Position numbers and translations under genes: made by a program. Below the pieces are notes generated by a model. That model saw nothing but the letters and a program-made list of their open reading frames with translations, did no database searches and was not told the origin of the DNA. From assembly GCA_017455185.1 (NCBI GenBank), contig JAFTBN010000062.1, forward strand, positions 867-64,866: 64,000 nucleotides of DNA. The letters run 5' to 3'. This document shows, piece after piece, positions 19,236 through 30,919 of the stretch (the first letter of the stretch is position 1; each line of letters opens with the position of its first letter). Origin of the DNA: Clostridia bacterium. Lineage in GTDB: Bacteria; Bacillota; Clostridia; Oscillospirales; CAG-272.

Positions 19236-22200
19236 ATGGAAAGTGAATTTACTTCAATAAAGATTGGGTTGGCATCTCCTGAAAGAATTAGAGAATGGTC
19301 CTATGGTGAAGTGACCAAACCGGAAACAATCAATTACCGTTCCCTCAAGCCGGAACCGGGTGGATTGTTCTGTGAAAAAATATTCGGGCCTACAAAAGAT
19401 TACACCTGCGCCTGCGGAAAGTCCAAGGCGATGCGGGGCGGAAAAATCGGCCAGCAGTGCCCGCACTGCGGCGTGGATCTGGTCCCGAAGAAAGTCCGCC
19501 GCGAGCGGATGGGACATGTGGAACTGGCCGCTCCGGTCAGCCACATCTGGTACATCAAAACCATCCCGAGCCGTATGGCTCTCGCTCTGGGCATCCCGCC
19601 CAAGCAGCTGGAACAGGTTCTGTATTTCGCTCAGAACGTAGTGCTCGACCCGGGCGCTGCCGAGGGAGAACTTTCGGAAGGGGAAGTCCTGTCCGAATCC
19701 CGTTACAAGGAAATGCAGGAGAAATACGGCGATTCCTTCCGCGTCGGCATGGGAGCCGAGGCCGTTCAGGAACTCCTTACGAGAAAGCAGGAGCACCTGG
19801 AAGAAATCGTAAGAGATCTGAAGGACGCATGCGCAAAGGTGAGCGGCCAGAAGAAGACGCAGCTGATCAAGCGTCTGGAAGTGCTGGAGGCCTTCCGCCG
19901 TTCGGGCAATCATCTGGAATGGATGATTCTGAACGTCGTTCCGGTTTTGCCTCCGGATATCCGCCCGATGGTTCAGCTGGACGGCGGACGTTTCGCTTCG
20001 TCCGACCTCAATGAACTTTACCGCCGCGTCATCAGCCGGAACGAGCGTCTGCGCCGTCTGATCAGCATGGACACTCCCGGCATCGTGATCCGCAACGAAA
20101 AGCGGATGCTCCAGGAAGCGGTTGATGCCCTGATCGACAACGGCAAGCGCGGAAAGCCGGTGACCGGCCCGAACAGCCGCGCGCTGAAATCCCTGTCCGA
20201 GATGCTTCGCGGTAAGCAGGGACGTTTCCGTCAGAACCTGTTGGGCAAGCGCGTGGACTATTCCGGACGTTCGGTTATCGTCGTCGGTCCTTCGCTTAAG
20301 ATTTATCAGTGCGGTCTGCCCAAGGAAATGGCGCTCGAACTGTTCAAGCCGTTTGTGGTGAAGCGCCTGGTGGAAATCGGGAAGGCAACCAACATCAAGG
20401 ACGCGCAGAAGAAAATCGACCGTGCGTATGCCATTGAGAACAACTGTGTATGGGATGCACTGGAAAACGTCATCACCGAGCACCCGGTTCTTCTGAACCG
20501 TGCTCCGACGCTTCACCGTCTGTCCATTCAGGCGTTTGAACCCGTCCTGGTGGAAGGCAGAGCCATCAAACTGCATCCGCTGGTCTGCACGGCGTTCAAC
20601 GCCGACTTCGACGGCGACCAGATGCCTGTTCACGTACCGCTGACAGCCGAGGCACAGGCGGAAGCCCGCTTCCTGATGCTGTCTGCCAAGAACCTGCTCA
20701 AGCCGATGGACGGGCATGCCGTGACCATCCCGACGCAGGATATGATTCTCGGTTCCTACTATCTGACTATGGAACGCGAGGGTGAGCCGGGTGAAGGCGG
20801 CTATTATCGCGACTTCAACGAGGCGATGATGGCCTATGCAAACGGCTATCTCGGCCTTCATGCGCCGATTCACGTGCGTGTGAAGGGAGAAGTAAACGGC
20901 AAGCAGATGCAGGCCACCATCAAGACCACGCTGGGCCGGATGATCTTCAACCGCCCGCTGCCTCAGAACCTGAAATTTGTGGACCGTTCGGTTCCAGGCG
21001 ACGAACTCAAACTCGAAGTCGACTTCGTCGTAACGAAGAAGGGCCTGGAGCAGATCATCAACCGCTGCATTTCCATCAACGGCACCAACGCCTGCGCGCT
21101 GATGCTGGATGAAATCAAGGCCATGGGCTATAAGTATTCCACGAAGGCTTCGTTCTCCATTTCGGTGTACGACATGACCATTCCGAAGGAGAAACCCGAA
21201 CTTCTGGCGGAAGCTCAGAAGAAAGTCGACAGCATTGGCCGTCACTACATGCGCGGCGAACTGTCCGAGGAAGAGCGCTACAAGAACGTCATCAAGGTCT
21301 GGGACAAGACGCAGGAAGACATTACCACGGCGCTGCACGGTTCGTTCAGTAACTTCAACCCGATCAAGATCATGGCAGACTCCGGTGCCCGCGGTTCCAT
21401 GCAGCAGCTCCGGCAACTGGCCGGTATGCGCGGTCTGATGTTCTCCACCGACGGTAAGACCATCGAACTTCCGATTAAATCCAACTTCCGTGAAGGTCTG
21501 AACATCACCGAGTACTTCATGGGTGCAAAGGGATCCCGTAAATCCCTGTCCGATACAGCGCTTCGTACCGCCGACTCGGGTTATCTGACCCGTCGTCTGG
21601 TTGACGTTTCGCAGGATGTCATCATCAGCGAAGAAAAGTGCGACACCAAGAAGGGCGCGTGGGTTTCGGCCATCATCGACGAGCGTGACAAGAACGTGCT
21701 CGAGCCGTTGTCCGACCGTATTATCGGCCGGTATACCATGGATCCGGTTGTCTCTCCCACCACGGGTGAAATCCTCGTACCCGAGGATACGATGATCACC
21801 GAGGAAGACGCTGAGAAGATCAAGGCGGCCGGAATTGAGCGCGTGCACATCCGCACGGTCATTCAGTGCAACAGCAAGCAGGGCATCTGCGCGCATTGCT
21901 ACGGCGCGGACCTGGCGACCAACAAGCCGGTCAGCATCGGCGAGGCAGTCGGCGTTATCGCCGCTCAGTCCATCGGTGAGCCGGGTACCCAGCTGACGAT
22001 GCGTACGTTCCACTCGGGCGGTGTCGCAGGTTCGGATATCACACAGGGTCTGCCCCGTGTCGAGGAATTGTTCGAGGCGCGTCAGCCCAAGAAGGAAGCC
22101 ATCATTGCCGAATGCGCCGGAACGGTGCACATCGACGTGTCGGATGATTCCAACATCAAGGAATTGCAGATTACGGACGATGTGTCCGGAGTCGTCAAGA

Positions 22201-23090
22201 AGAAGACGGTGCCGTTCAGTGCCCGCCTGATCGTGGAAGACGGTCAGCACGTGGAACTGGGTCAGGCTCTGACCGAAGGTTCCAAGTCGCCCAGCGCCAT
22301 TATGGCCATCCAGGGGCTGGATGCCGTATACGATTACCTGATCATGGAAATCCAGAAGGTGTATCGTGCCCAGTCCTGCCCGGTCAACGACAAGCACATT
22401 GAAATCATTGCCCGTCAGATGACCAAGAAAGTGGACGTGGAATCCGGCGGAGATTCCGATCTGCTGGATGGAACCAAGGTGGATTACCAGAAGTTCCGCG
22501 AGGCAGTGGATGAAATCGAAGCCCGCATCAAGGCCGGTACCGAAGCATACAACGCTTTGCTTGACCGGATGGATCACGGCGAAGAGGTCGACGCGGAAGA
22601 ACTGGCAAAGGCGAAGGCCGAGAGCGAACTGCAGCCGCCTAAGGCAAAAGCGGAACGCGCTCTGCTGGGTATCGCAAAGGCAGCCGTTCAGGCCGAATCC
22701 TTCCTGTCCGCCGCATCCTTCCAGGAGACCACCAAGGTCCTGACCGAGGCGGCTATCCAGGGCAAGGAAGACCATCTGTGCGGTCTGAAGGAGAATGTCA
22801 TCATCGGCAAACTGATTCCTGCCGGAACCGGTCTGCGCCGGTACAATGACATCGAAGTGGAGGAAGTGAACCCCACGTATGTCTCTACCGCCGAAAGCAT
22901 CATCGGACAGCTGCGCCCCGCAGAGGAGGATATCCTCGATGAGGCGGAATCCGAGGAAGAATTCGTTCCGGAAGAGGAAGTGGACGATCTTGTGACCGAA
23001 GAGGAATCCGAACCGATCGCCGACGAGTCGGCAAACGCCGAGGAAACGGACGACGGTGAGGAAACCGACAAGGACGGGGACGCCGAATAA
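19236..23090 (+). CDS. rpoC: DNA-directed RNA polymerase subunit beta'
   Basis: 1284 aa. Contains a Zn-finger CxCGK...CPHCGV, the NADFDGDQM catalytic loop, and trigger-loop/bridge-helix blocks. It starts 2 nt after the rpoB stop. Confidence 0.97.
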   Translation: MESEFTSIKIGLASPERIREWSYGEVTKPETINYRSLKPEPGGLFCEKIFGPTKDYTCACGKSKAMRGGKIGQQCPHCGVDLVPKKVRRERMGHVELAAPVSHIWYIKTIPSRMALALGIPPKQLEQVLYFAQNVVLDPGAAEGELSEGEVLSESRYKEMQEKYGDSFRVGMGAEAVQELLTRKQEHLEEIVRDLKDACAKVSGQKKTQLIKRLEVLEAFRRSGNHLEWMILNVVPVLPPDIRPMVQLDGGRFASSDLNELYRRVISRNERLRRLISMDTPGIVIRNEKRMLQEAVDALIDNGKRGKPVTGPNSRALKSLSEMLRGKQGRFRQNLLGKRVDYSGRSVIVVGPSLKIYQCGLPKEMALELFKPFVVKRLVEIGKATNIKDAQKKIDRAYAIENNCVWDALENVITEHPVLLNRAPTLHRLSIQAFEPVLVEGRAIKLHPLVCTAFNADFDGDQMPVHVPLTAEAQAEARFLMLSAKNLLKPMDGHAVTIPTQDMILGSYYLTMEREGEPGEGGYYRDFNEAMMAYANGYLGLHAPIHVRVKGEVNGKQMQATIKTTLGRMIFNRPLPQNLKFVDRSVPGDELKLEVDFVVTKKGLEQIINRCISINGTNACALMLDEIKAMGYKYSTKASFSISVYDMTIPKEKPELLAEAQKKVDSIGRHYMRGELSEEERYKNVIKVWDKTQEDITTALHGSFSNFNPIKIMADSGARGSMQQLRQLAGMRGLMFSTDGKTIELPIKSNFREGLNITEYFMGAKGSRKSLSDTALRTADSGYLTRRLVDVSQDVIISEEKCDTKKGAWVSAIIDERDKNVLEPLSDRIIGRYTMDPVVSPTTGEILVPEDTMITEEDAEKIKAAGIERVHIRTVIQCNSKQGICAHCYGADLATNKPVSIGEAVGVIAAQSIGEPGTQLTMRTFHSGGVAGSDITQGLPRVEELFEARQPKKEAIIAECAGTVHIDVSDDSNIKELQITDDVSGVVKKKTVPFSARLIVEDGQHVELGQALTEGSKSPSAIMAIQGLDAVYDYLIMEIQKVYRAQSCPVNDKHIEIIARQMTKKVDVESGGDSDLLDGTKVDYQKFREAVDEIEARIKAGTEAYNALLDRMDHGEEVDAEELAKAKAESELQPPKAKAERALLGIAKAAVQAESFLSAASFQETTKVLTEAAIQGKEDHLCGLKENVIIGKLIPAGTGLRRYNDIEVEEVNPTYVSTAESIIGQLRPAEEDILDEAESEEEFVPEEEVDDLVTEEESEPIADESANAEETDDGEETDKDGDAE

Positions 23091-23129
23091 GGCGTCCGGC
23101 CCGTCCGGACAGAAAAGTTGGGAAATCTA

Positions 23130-23158
23130 TTGACTTTTCCGCATCTTGATGCTATACT
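23130..23158 (+). promoter_or_regulatory. Promoter for the str operon (rpsL-rpsG-fusA-tuf)
   Basis: TTGACT (23130-23135), a 17-nt spacer, and TGcTATACT (-10 at 23153-23158). Confidence 0.65.
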
Positions 23159-23277
23159 ACATAAGTTCAATTCTGCCTTTTTTAGAGCGGAATCCGATTG
23201 AGCGTTGGATAAGGAAAGGGGTTTTTCCGTTTCCTTTCAACATAAACATTAAATTTTGGAAGAAGGAGGAAGAGAAA

Positions 23278-23697
23278 ATGCCGACATTCAACCAGCTTGT
23301 CAGACAGGGACGCGGGAACAAAGTGTACAAATCAAAGGCACCGGTGCTTCAGCACGGATTCAATACTTTGAAGAATGCACAGACCAACCAGTGCAGTCCC
23401 CAGAAGAGAGGCGTGTGCACAAAGGTCGGAACCACCACACCGAAGAAGCCGAACTCCGCGCTGCGTAAGATTGCCAGAGTCAGACTGACCAACGGTATGG
23501 AAGTTACGACATACATCCCGGGAATCGGACACAACCTCCAGGAACACTCTGTGGTCCTGATCAGAGGCGGTAGAGTTCGTGACCTGCCTGGTGTACGTTA
23601 CCACATTATCCGCGGTACGCTGGATGCACAGGGCGTTGCAAAGCGGATGCAGGGCCGTTCCAAATACGGCGCCAAGGCTCCTAAGAAAGGCAAGTAA
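23278..23697 (+). CDS. rpsL: 30S ribosomal protein S12
   Basis: [24 protein letters not shown]...[10 protein letters not shown]. The ATG at 23278 follows GAAGGAGGAAG, so the track's upstream extension from 23146 is rejected. Confidence 0.97.
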   Translation: MPTFNQLVRQGRGNKVYKSKAPVLQHGFNTLKNAQTNQCSPQKRGVCTKVGTTTPKKPNSALRKIARVRLTNGMEVTTYIPGIGHNLQEHSVVLIRGGRVRDLPGVRYHIIRGTLDAQGVAKRMQGRSKYGAKAPKKGK

Positions 23698-23849
23698 GCC
23701 GGGAGCAAACCATCAAGGTTCAAAGCAAATTCGAATTGCCCGTCTGATTGAAGATCTACAAAGTTTAATGTTTAGATTGGTGACGTGCACGACAGGAGAA
23801 ATGCTTTTGAGTACCGATGATCTCATTATTAGTGAAGGAGGGAAGAACA

Positions 23850-24320
23850 GTGCCAAGAAGAGGTCGTATTTCCAAGAGAGATGTTTTGCCGGATCCTGTT
23901 TATCAGTCCAAACTTGTTACAAAGCTTGTCAACAATGTTATGTATGACGGTAAAAAGGGTGTCGCGCAGACGATTGTTTATGATGCTTTTGACATCGTAA
24001 AGGAAAAGACAGGGAATGATCCGCTTGAATCATTCACCAGTGCGCTTGAAAATGTGATGCCGGTTCTGGAAGTCAAGGCTCGCCGTGTAGGCGGTGCGAC
24101 TTATCAGGTTCCGATGGAAGTCCGCGCTGACAGACGTCAGACGTTGGGCTTGCGCTGGCTCGTAGGCTTCGCACGCAAGCGCGGAGAACGGACCATGGCG
24201 GAACGGTTAGCCGGTGAAATCATGGATGCGAACAACAGTGCCGGCGGTGCTTTCAAGAAGAAAGAAGAGACTCACCGCATGGCTGAAGCAAATAAGGCAT
24301 TTGCTCATTACAGATATTGA
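23850..24320 (+). CDS. rpsG: 30S ribosomal protein S7
   Basis: (M)[27 protein letters not shown]... from the GTG at 23850, which follows GAAGGAGGG. Confidence 0.95.
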   Translation: MPRRGRISKRDVLPDPVYQSKLVTKLVNNVMYDGKKGVAQTIVYDAFDIVKEKTGNDPLESFTSALENVMPVLEVKARRVGGATYQVPMEVRADRRQTLGLRWLVGFARKRGERTMAERLAGEIMDANNSAGGAFKKKEETHRMAEANKAFAHYRY

Positions 24321-24370
24321 TAATCTGTGTTTAAGAGTCTTCTATTTTAGTAGAACAAAAGGGGACCTAC

Positions 24371-26455
24371 ATGCCAAGGGAATATTCACTTGAGCACACC
24401 AGAAACATCGGCATCATGGCTCACATCGATGCCGGTAAAACCACGACAACCGAGCGTATCCTGTTCTATACGGGTAAAACGCACAAGTTGGGCGAAGTTC
24501 ACGACGGCGCTGCCACCATGGACTGGATGGAAGAAGAGCAGGAACGCGGTATTACCATTACTTCCGCTGCGACCACCTGTTACTGGAAAGGCAACCGTAT
24601 CAACATCATTGATACGCCCGGACACGTGGACTTTACCGTTGAAGTGGAACGTTCTTTGCGTGTGCTTGACGGATCTGTAACCGTTTTCTGTGCCAAGGGT
24701 GGCGTAGAACCGCAGTCGGAAACGGTTTGGAGACAAGCTGACAAATATCACGTGCCTCGCATGTGCTATGTCAACAAAATGGATATCACAGGCGCTAATT
24801 TCTATCGCGTTGTCCAGATGATCAAGGATCGTCTGGGTGCCCACCCGGTGCCCATCCAGCTGCCGATCGGAGCGGAGGGTGCTTTCAGAGGAATTATCGA
24901 CCTGCTGACAATGGAAGCGTTTGGCTATTACGATGATTTAGGCAACGACATTCGCGTCGAACCGATTCCGGAAGATATGATGGAAAAGGCTCAGCAATAT
25001 CGGGATGCCATGATCGAAGCTCTGGCGGATACGGACGACGCAATTGCGGAGAAGTACCTGGAAGGCGAGGAGATTTCCATTGAGGAAATCAAGGCCGCCA
25101 TCCGTAAGGCAACCATCGCCAATGAAATCGTTCCGGTCGTCTGCGGAACCTCCTATCGTAACAAGGGCGTACAGAAACTCCTCGATGCGATCGTGGATTA
25201 TCTGCCTGCTCCTACGGACATTCCTTCCATTCGCGGAACCAACCCGGAAACCGGGGAGGAAGAAGACCGTCATGCATCGGACGAAGAGCCCTTCTCGGCT
25301 TTGGCGTTCAAGATCATGACCGATCCGTTCGTCGGAAAACTCTGCTTCTTCCGTGTTTACTCGGGTCATCTGAACGCGGGCGACACCGTGTACAATTCCG
25401 TGAAACAAAGAAGAGAGCGTATGGGACGCATCCTTCTGATGCATGCCAATACGCGTACGGATATTGACGAATGCTTCAGCGGCGATATTGCGGCTGTGGT
25501 GGGCGTCAAGAACGTGACAACCGGAGACACTCTGTGCGATGAGAAACATCCGGTCATCCTGGAGTCCATGGAATTTCCGGAACCGGTTATCCGCGTGGCG
25601 ATTGAACCCAAGACGCGTGCCGGTCAGGAAAAGATGGGAATTGCTCTTGCCAAACTGGCGGAGGAAGACCCGACCTTCCGGACTTATACGGATGATGAAA
25701 CCGGACAGACCATCATCGCCGGAATGGGCGAATTGCATCTGGAAATCATTGTGGACCGTCTGCTTCGCGAATTCAAAGTCGAAGCAAACATCGGTAAGCC
25801 TCAGGTTGCTTATAAAGAGACCATTCGCAAACGCGTGGATTACGAATATAAGTACAAGAAGCAGTCCGGTGGTGCCGGTCAGTACGGACATGTCAAGATC
25901 ATTGTCGAGCCGAACGAGCCCGGCAAGGGATATGAGTTCATCAACGCAGTGACCGGAGGCGCAATTCCGAAGGAATACATCGAACCCGTCAACCAGGGTA
26001 TCCAGGGCGCTATGCAGTCCGGTGTTCTGGCCGGGTACAATGTGGTGGACGTCAAAGTCACTCTGTACGATGGTTCCTATCATGAGGTTGACTCGTCCGA
26101 AATGGCCTTCAAGATTGCCGGCTCTCTGGCCTTCAAGGAGGCATCCAAACTGGCGGATCCGGTTCTGACCGAACCGATCATGAAGGTGACGGTCGTTCTG
26201 CCGTCCGAGTACATGGGAGATGTCATGGGCAACCTGATTGGCCGCCGCGGACAGATTCTCGGTACGGAAGACAACAACGGCACCACCGAAATCTCCGCCA
26301 ACGTTCCGCTGTCCGAGATGTTCGGCTATGCAACCGATTTGCGTTCCAGAACGCAGGGCCGCGGACAATACACCATGGAGCCTTCTCACTTCGCAGAAGT
26401 GCCGAAGTCTATTATGGAAACCATTATTAAGTCCCGTAAGGGCAGCGAAAACTAA
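24371..26455 (+). CDS. fusA: Elongation factor G
   Basis: 694 aa. Contains [30 protein letters not shown] and NKMD. Confidence 0.97.
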   Translation: MPREYSLEHTRNIGIMAHIDAGKTTTTERILFYTGKTHKLGEVHDGAATMDWMEEEQERGITITSAATTCYWKGNRINIIDTPGHVDFTVEVERSLRVLDGSVTVFCAKGGVEPQSETVWRQADKYHVPRMCYVNKMDITGANFYRVVQMIKDRLGAHPVPIQLPIGAEGAFRGIIDLLTMEAFGYYDDLGNDIRVEPIPEDMMEKAQQYRDAMIEALADTDDAIAEKYLEGEEISIEEIKAAIRKATIANEIVPVVCGTSYRNKGVQKLLDAIVDYLPAPTDIPSIRGTNPETGEEEDRHASDEEPFSALAFKIMTDPFVGKLCFFRVYSGHLNAGDTVYNSVKQRRERMGRILLMHANTRTDIDECFSGDIAAVVGVKNVTTGDTLCDEKHPVILESMEFPEPVIRVAIEPKTRAGQEKMGIALAKLAEEDPTFRTYTDDETGQTIIAGMGELHLEIIVDRLLREFKVEANIGKPQVAYKETIRKRVDYEYKYKKQSGGAGQYGHVKIIVEPNEPGKGYEFINAVTGGAIPKEYIEPVNQGIQGAMQSGVLAGYNVVDVKVTLYDGSYHEVDSSEMAFKIAGSLAFKEASKLADPVLTEPIMKVTVVLPSEYMGDVMGNLIGRRGQILGTEDNNGTTEISANVPLSEMFGYATDLRSRTQGRGQYTMEPSHFAEVPKSIMETIIKSRKGSEN

Positions 26456-26481
26456 GAAAAATTTTATGGAGGATTTTCAAA

Positions 26482-27687
26482 ATGGCAAAGCAAACCTTTG
26501 AAAGAACCAAGCCCCACGTAAACATTGGTACCATTGGTCACGTTGACCATGGTAAAACCACTCTGACTGCTGCAATTACCAAAGTTCTTTCTCTGAAGAA
26601 CGGTAATATCGAGTTCCTGGCTTATGACCAGATCGATAACGCACCGGAGGAAAAGGCAAGAGGTATTACAATCAATACCCGTCACGTTGAGTACGAAACT
26701 GAAAAACGTCACTATGCACACGTTGACTGCCCCGGGCACGCTGACTATGTCAAGAACATGATTACCGGTGCAGCTCAGATGGATGGCGCTATCCTGGTTG
26801 TTGCCGGCACAGACGGACCGCTTCAGCAGACCCGTGAGCACGTTCTGCTCGCCCGTCAGGTTGGCGTTCCTGCCATTGTTGTTTTCATCAACAAGGTAGA
26901 CCTCGTTGATGACGAAGAACTGCTCGACCTCGTTGAGATGGAAATCCGCGATCTGCTTTCCTCTTACGACTTCCCGGGCGACGACATTCCGGTTGTCCGC
27001 GGTTCCGCTCGTAATGCTCTTGAATCCACTTCCAAGGATCCGGATGCTCCCGAGTATGCTTGCATCTGGGAACTGATGAAGGAAGTTGACGAATACATTC
27101 CGACTCCTGAGCGTCAGTCCGCACTGCCGTTCCTGATGCCGGTTGAGGACGTCTTCTCGATTTCCGGTCGTGGTACCGTTGCAACCGGTAGAGTTGAGCG
27201 TGGTACCGTTAAAGTCGGTGATGTGGTTGAAATCGTCGGTCTGTCCGATGAGAAGAAATCCACAACCGTTACCGGTGTCGAAATGTTCCACAAGCTGCTG
27301 CCGCAGGCAGAAGCAGGCGACAACATCGGCGCTCTGCTCCGTGGTATCGCGAAGGACGAAATCGAAAGAGGCCAGGTTCTGGCTAAGCCGGGTTCCGTTC
27401 ATCCGCACACCAAGTTTGTTGGTCACGTTTACGTTCTGACCGAGAAGGAAGGCGGCCGTTCCAAGCCGTTCTTCGCAGGTTACAGACCGCAGTTCTATTT
27501 CAGAACCACCGACGTTACCGGCACCATCAGCCTTCCTGAAGGCGTTGAGATGTGCCGCCCCGGTGACAACGTGGATATGACCGTTGAACTGATTACTCCT
27601 ATCGCTTGCGAGCAGGGTCTTCGTTTCGCTATCCGTGAGGGTGGCAGAACCGTTGGTTCCGGCGTCGTTTCCTCGATCATCGAGTAA
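26482..27687 (+). CDS. tuf: Elongation factor Tu
   Basis: 401 aa. Contains [28 protein letters not shown] and NKVD. Confidence 0.97.
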   Translation: MAKQTFERTKPHVNIGTIGHVDHGKTTLTAAITKVLSLKNGNIEFLAYDQIDNAPEEKARGITINTRHVEYETEKRHYAHVDCPGHADYVKNMITGAAQMDGAILVVAGTDGPLQQTREHVLLARQVGVPAIVVFINKVDLVDDEELLDLVEMEIRDLLSSYDFPGDDIPVVRGSARNALESTSKDPDAPEYACIWELMKEVDEYIPTPERQSALPFLMPVEDVFSISGRGTVATGRVERGTVKVGDVVEIVGLSDEKKSTTVTGVEMFHKLLPQAEAGDNIGALLRGIAKDEIERGQVLAKPGSVHPHTKFVGHVYVLTEKEGGRSKPFFAGYRPQFYFRTTDVTGTISLPEGVEMCRPGDNVDMTVELITPIACEQGLRFAIREGGRTVGSGVVSSIIE

Positions 27688-27704
27688 TCACACTCTTTAA
27701 AGCA

Positions 27705-27728
27705 CAGGGGAAGGGTTACCTTCCCCTG
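27705..27728 (+). terminator. Strong stem-loop after tuf, without a clear U-tract
   Basis: CAGGGGAAGG (27705-27714), loop GTTA, then CCTTCCCCTG (27719-27728). The following sequence, GCCTTATTC, is T-poor. Confidence 0.5.
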
Positions 27729-27740
27729 GCCTTATTCAAA

Positions 27741-27853
27741 CTATCTTTGGGGATTGGTGAAATTCCATACCGGCGGTGAAAGCCCGCGAGCCTTAGGGAG
27801 CTGAACAGGTGTAAGTCCTGTGCCGACAGTACAGTCTGGATGGGAAAAGGATA
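27741..27853 (+). promoter_or_regulatory. FMN riboswitch (RFN element)
   Basis: It contains the conserved RFN blocks in order: GGTGAAATTCC, ACCGGCGGT, AGCCCGCGAGC, GCCGACAGT and AGTCTGGATGGGAAAAGGAT. The P1 halves CTATCTTTGG and AAAAGGATA close the structure. It sits directly upstream of a RibU-like gene. A possible SD-sequestering hairpin, TCTCC...GGAGA, lies at 27961-27977. Confidence 0.88.
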
Positions 27854-27981
27854 ATAATCAATGGAACCGGACTTCGTTCCGGTGTTTCCCAAAAAAACAA
27901 GGCCCCGTTTTGCGCGGAGCTTTTCTTTTTTTAATTGGGGGTTGGTTTGACTATTATTCTTCTCCACGAAAGGAGAGGAAC

Positions 27982-28830
27982 ATGGGAGAAAAGGAAAAAA
28001 ACGGGATTGTTCCCGATACGGAAGACGAAGAGAAAAACATCTGGGACAACCGGTACGACGCAAACGCAGAGGAGGAACAGAGCACCCCGGACGATGGAGG
28101 CCCGGATGCGCCAAAGGAGACGAAAAGACGCGGGGGGCGCGGAATCCTCTCCCGCCGCGGCGATACCGCTTCGGTGGTGCGGAAAGTGGTCGCCATGGCC
28201 ATCTTTACCGCTCTTGCGTATGCATGCGAGTTTATCCTCCATATCAACGTGGGTTTTCTGACCTTTGATATGAAGGATGCCGTCATAACCATTGCAGGTC
28301 TGTTTTACGGTCCGCTTGCGGCTCTGATCATGTCGGCGGTCGTGTCTCTTCTGGAGTTCGCGACCATCAGCGGAACGGGACTTTGGGGCCTTTTGATGAA
28401 CTTTGTATCCACGGCTGCCTTCGCGTGCATTGCGAGTCTGATTTACAGACGGCGGCGCACGATCGGAGCGGCCATTGCCGGACTCGGCGGGTCTGTCGCG
28501 GGCATGACGGCGGTGATGATTGGGATGAATCTCTTGATTACACCAATTTATTTAGGCACAGAACTTGAGAAAGTTATTGAGTCAATTCCTTTGTTATTAT
28601 TGCCTTTTAACATTGCGAAAGCAGTCCTGAACGCGTCTTTGACCCTGCTTTTCTATAAGCCGGTTGTAACGGCGCTGCGAGCCGCGCATTTCATTCAGGA
28701 CGGTCAGAGGGAAATCAAATTTACCCGGAAATCCGTCTTCGTGCTGGTGCTGGGAGGCGCACTTCTGGTTGCTTCGGTGCTGTTCTTTATTCTTTATCTG
28801 AACGGGACTTTTGTCCTTGTGGACAAGTAA
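27982..28830 (+). CDS. ribU: ECF-transporter S component, riboflavin type (RibU-like), with a charged N-terminal extension of about 65 aa
   Basis: The ATG at 27982 follows AAAGGAGAGG. The predicted protein is polytopic (about 5-6 TM segments). It lies immediately downstream of the FMN riboswitch. The track's start at 27820 would overlap the riboswitch and is rejected. Confidence 0.7.
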   Translation: MGEKEKNGIVPDTEDEEKNIWDNRYDANAEEEQSTPDDGGPDAPKETKRRGGRGILSRRGDTASVVRKVVAMAIFTALAYACEFILHINVGFLTFDMKDAVITIAGLFYGPLAALIMSAVVSLLEFATISGTGLWGLLMNFVSTAAFACIASLIYRRRRTIGAAIAGLGGSVAGMTAVMIGMNLLITPIYLGTELEKVIESIPLLLLPFNIAKAVLNASLTLLFYKPVVTALRAAHFIQDGQREIKFTRKSVFVLVLGGALLVASVLFFILYLNGTFVLVDK

Positions 28831-28857
28831 GACTGCTGAGGCAGTTCTATAAAAATA

Positions 28858-28890
28858 CTGGCGAGCCGAAACAGCTCGCCAGTGTTTTTT
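28858..28890. terminator. Bidirectional rho-independent terminator
   Basis: CTGGCGAGC (28858-28866), loop CGAAACA, GCTCGCCAG (28874-28882), then TGTTTTTT. AAAAATA lies on the other side. Confidence 0.85.
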
Positions 28891-28897
28891 CGACGGA

Positions 28898-29392
28898 TCA
28901 ACTGAAAAGGGCCGAGATGCCCACGGTGATGCCCAGGACGATGAATCCTGCAACAATCAGTCCGCACAGGCAGGAAAGGACGGCTTTCCAGAATTTCAGG
29001 TCGATGAAGGCGGAAACGAGAGAACCCGTCCACGCGCCGGTAACGGGAAGCGGAATCGCTACGAAGAGCGCGACGCCCCAGAAACCGAACCGCTCGATTT
29101 TGTTGCGGTTCTTTTCGGCTTTCCGGATCAGGAACTCACCGAATTTCTGCAGGAACCTGACCTTGGACCTGGCGCACCAGCCGACGAACTTCTTGATCAG
29201 CAAAAGGATGAAGGGGACCGGAATCATATTGCCCGTAATCGCCAGCAGCAGCGTGAGCCACGGATTGAGTCCCAGCCCGATCCCCAGCGGGATGGCTCCC
29301 CGCAGCTCTATGATGGGAATCATGGAACAAATGAGGACACTCAGATGGGGTCCGACGCCATTGGTCAGAAAATTTTCAATTGCTTCTATCAT
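28898..29392 (-). CDS. Small multi-TM membrane protein (COG2426 'putative small multidrug export' family look-alike)
   Basis: 164 aa with four hydrophobic segments and the strings IPIIELRGAIPLG and AIPLPVTGAWTG. The family assignment is from memory of the motif pattern only. Confidence 0.55.
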   Translation of the reverse strand: MIEAIENFLTNGVGPHLSVLICSMIPIIELRGAIPLGIGLGLNPWLTLLLAITGNMIPVPFILLLIKKFVGWCARSKVRFLQKFGEFLIRKAEKNRNKIERFGFWGVALFVAIPLPVTGAWTGSLVSAFIDLKFWKAVLSCLCGLIVAGFIVLGITVGISALFS

Positions 29393-29635
29393 AAGGCCCC
29401 CCTTGTGTCCGTTTTGTCCCTTTGGGACGTGACTGCATCATAACACGATTTGACGTTCTTGTCAACAAGGCCAAGCGTCCTGCCGAATTGGCTCAGGCCT
29501 TCCTTATGGATGACACCGAAATAAGCCGTCTGTCGTCATGATGCAGCAGTAAGTAACAGAAAACGGGAGTGAGAAGGTCTTTGAAACAGCCGAAAACGGC
29601 GCCGCAAACGGCGGGTTCAAGATGGCAAAAACGGG

Positions 29636-29664
29636 TTGCACTTTGCGTGCCTTTATGCTATACT
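29636..29664 (+). promoter_or_regulatory. Promoter for metK
   Basis: TTGCAC (29636-29641), a 17-nt spacer, and TGcTATACT (-10 at 29659-29664). Confidence 0.6.
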
Positions 29665-29717
29665 TTAATTTGAATAACTATGTATAGGCGTACGTATGCG
29701 TGTACGCGGAGGTGCAT

Positions 29718-30899
29718 ATGACAAAACATTTTTTTACAAGTGAATCCGTAACGGAAGGACATCCCGACAAAATCTGCGACCAGATTTCGGATGCAATCCT
29801 GGATGAAATCCTCAGGCAGGATCCGATGTCCCGCGTGGCCTGCGAGACCGTAACCACCACGGGACTTGTGATGGTTATGGGAGAAATTACGACCAATGCG
29901 TATGTGGATATTTCCTCGGTGGTGCGTCAGACCATCCGGGAAATCGGGTATACCCGTGCGAAATACGGGTTCGACTGCGACAGCTGCGCGGTATTGAACT
30001 CCATTCACGACCAGTCGCCGGATATCGCAATGGGCGTGGATCGTTCGATGGAGGCAAAGGAAGGCACGCTGACCGACACGCTGGATACCGGCGCCGGGGA
30101 TCAGGGCCTGATGTTCGGATACGCCTGCGACGAAACGCCCGAGCTGATGCCGCTGCCCATTTCACTCGCCCACAGACTGGCAAAGCGGCTTACGGCGGTG
30201 CGCAAGGAGGGAGTGCTTCCTTATCTTCGCCCGGACGGAAAGACACAGGTGACCGTGGAATACGAGGGCGACAGACCGGTCCGCGTGGATACGGTGGTCA
30301 TCTCCAGCCAGCACAGCGACAGCGTCGAGCTGCCGCAAATCCGGGAAGACCTGATCCGCGAGGTGGTGAAGAAGGTGATTCCGGAATCCATGATGGACCA
30401 GAACACCAAGATCTTGATCAACCCGACCGGGCGGTTCGTGATCGGCGGTCCGGCAGGAGATACGGGCCTGACCGGCCGGAAAATCATCGTGGACACGTAC
30501 GGCGGCTATTCCCGCCACGGAGGCGGAGCCTTTTCGGGCAAAGACCCGACCAAGGTGGACCGAAGCGCGTCCTATGCCGCCCGGTATCTGGCCAAGAACG
30601 TGGTGGCGGCCGGTCTTGCGAGCCGCTGCGAGGTGCAGGTCGCATACGCCATCGGGGTGGCACGCCCGGTTTCGGTGCTGGTGGAAACCTTCGGTACGGC
30701 CCGTACGGACGAGGCCAGAATCGCGGCGGCGCTCAACCGCCTGTTTGATTTGCGTCCGGCGGCCATCATACAGAACTTTGATCTGCGGCGCCCGATTTAC
30801 AAGTCGCTCGCCGCGTACGGACATATGGGGCGTGAGGATCTGAAGGCGCCCTGGGAGGAAAGAGATCTGGCGGCGCGTCTGAAGGAAGAGTGCCGGTAA
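29718..30899 (+). CDS. metK: S-adenosylmethionine synthase
   Basis: [41 protein letters not shown] and [16 protein letters not shown]. The ATG at 29718 follows GGAGG. Confidence 0.96.
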   Translation: MTKHFFTSESVTEGHPDKICDQISDAILDEILRQDPMSRVACETVTTTGLVMVMGEITTNAYVDISSVVRQTIREIGYTRAKYGFDCDSCAVLNSIHDQSPDIAMGVDRSMEAKEGTLTDTLDTGAGDQGLMFGYACDETPELMPLPISLAHRLAKRLTAVRKEGVLPYLRPDGKTQVTVEYEGDRPVRVDTVVISSQHSDSVELPQIREDLIREVVKKVIPESMMDQNTKILINPTGRFVIGGPAGDTGLTGRKIIVDTYGGYSRHGGGAFSGKDPTKVDRSASYAARYLAKNVVAAGLASRCEVQVAYAIGVARPVSVLVETFGTARTDEARIAAALNRLFDLRPAAIIQNFDLRRPIYKSLAAYGHMGREDLKAPWEERDLAARLKEECR

Positions 30900-30919
30900 G
30901 ACAGGGAACAGGAGAAGGC

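Noticed and set aside
15979-22775. Minus-strand ORFs of 1073 aa (15979-19200) and 1173 aa (19254-22775)
   Set aside because: They are exactly antisense to rpoB and rpoC, which are unambiguous. The antisense translations are R/H/V/G-rich nonsense.
23091-23129. Terminator after rpoC (GTCCGG...CCGGAC hairpin)
   Set aside because: The stem is only 6 bp and no U-tract follows, so it is not convincing as an intrinsic terminator.
23146-23277. Upstream extension of rpsL (track start 23146), and similar extensions for rpsG (23817), ribU (27820), metK (29700), alaS (11105), pepD (34332), mrp (44217) and the lipoprotein (43446)
   Set aside because: The canonical N-termini begin at internal start codons that are preceded by good Shine-Dalgarno sequences. 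The extensions overlap promoters, a riboswitch or upstream genes.
29393-29717. SAM (S-box) riboswitch upstream of metK
   Set aside because: The predicted promoter leaves a leader of only about 50 nt. I could not find the conserved S-box strings anywhere in the 325-bp spacer.
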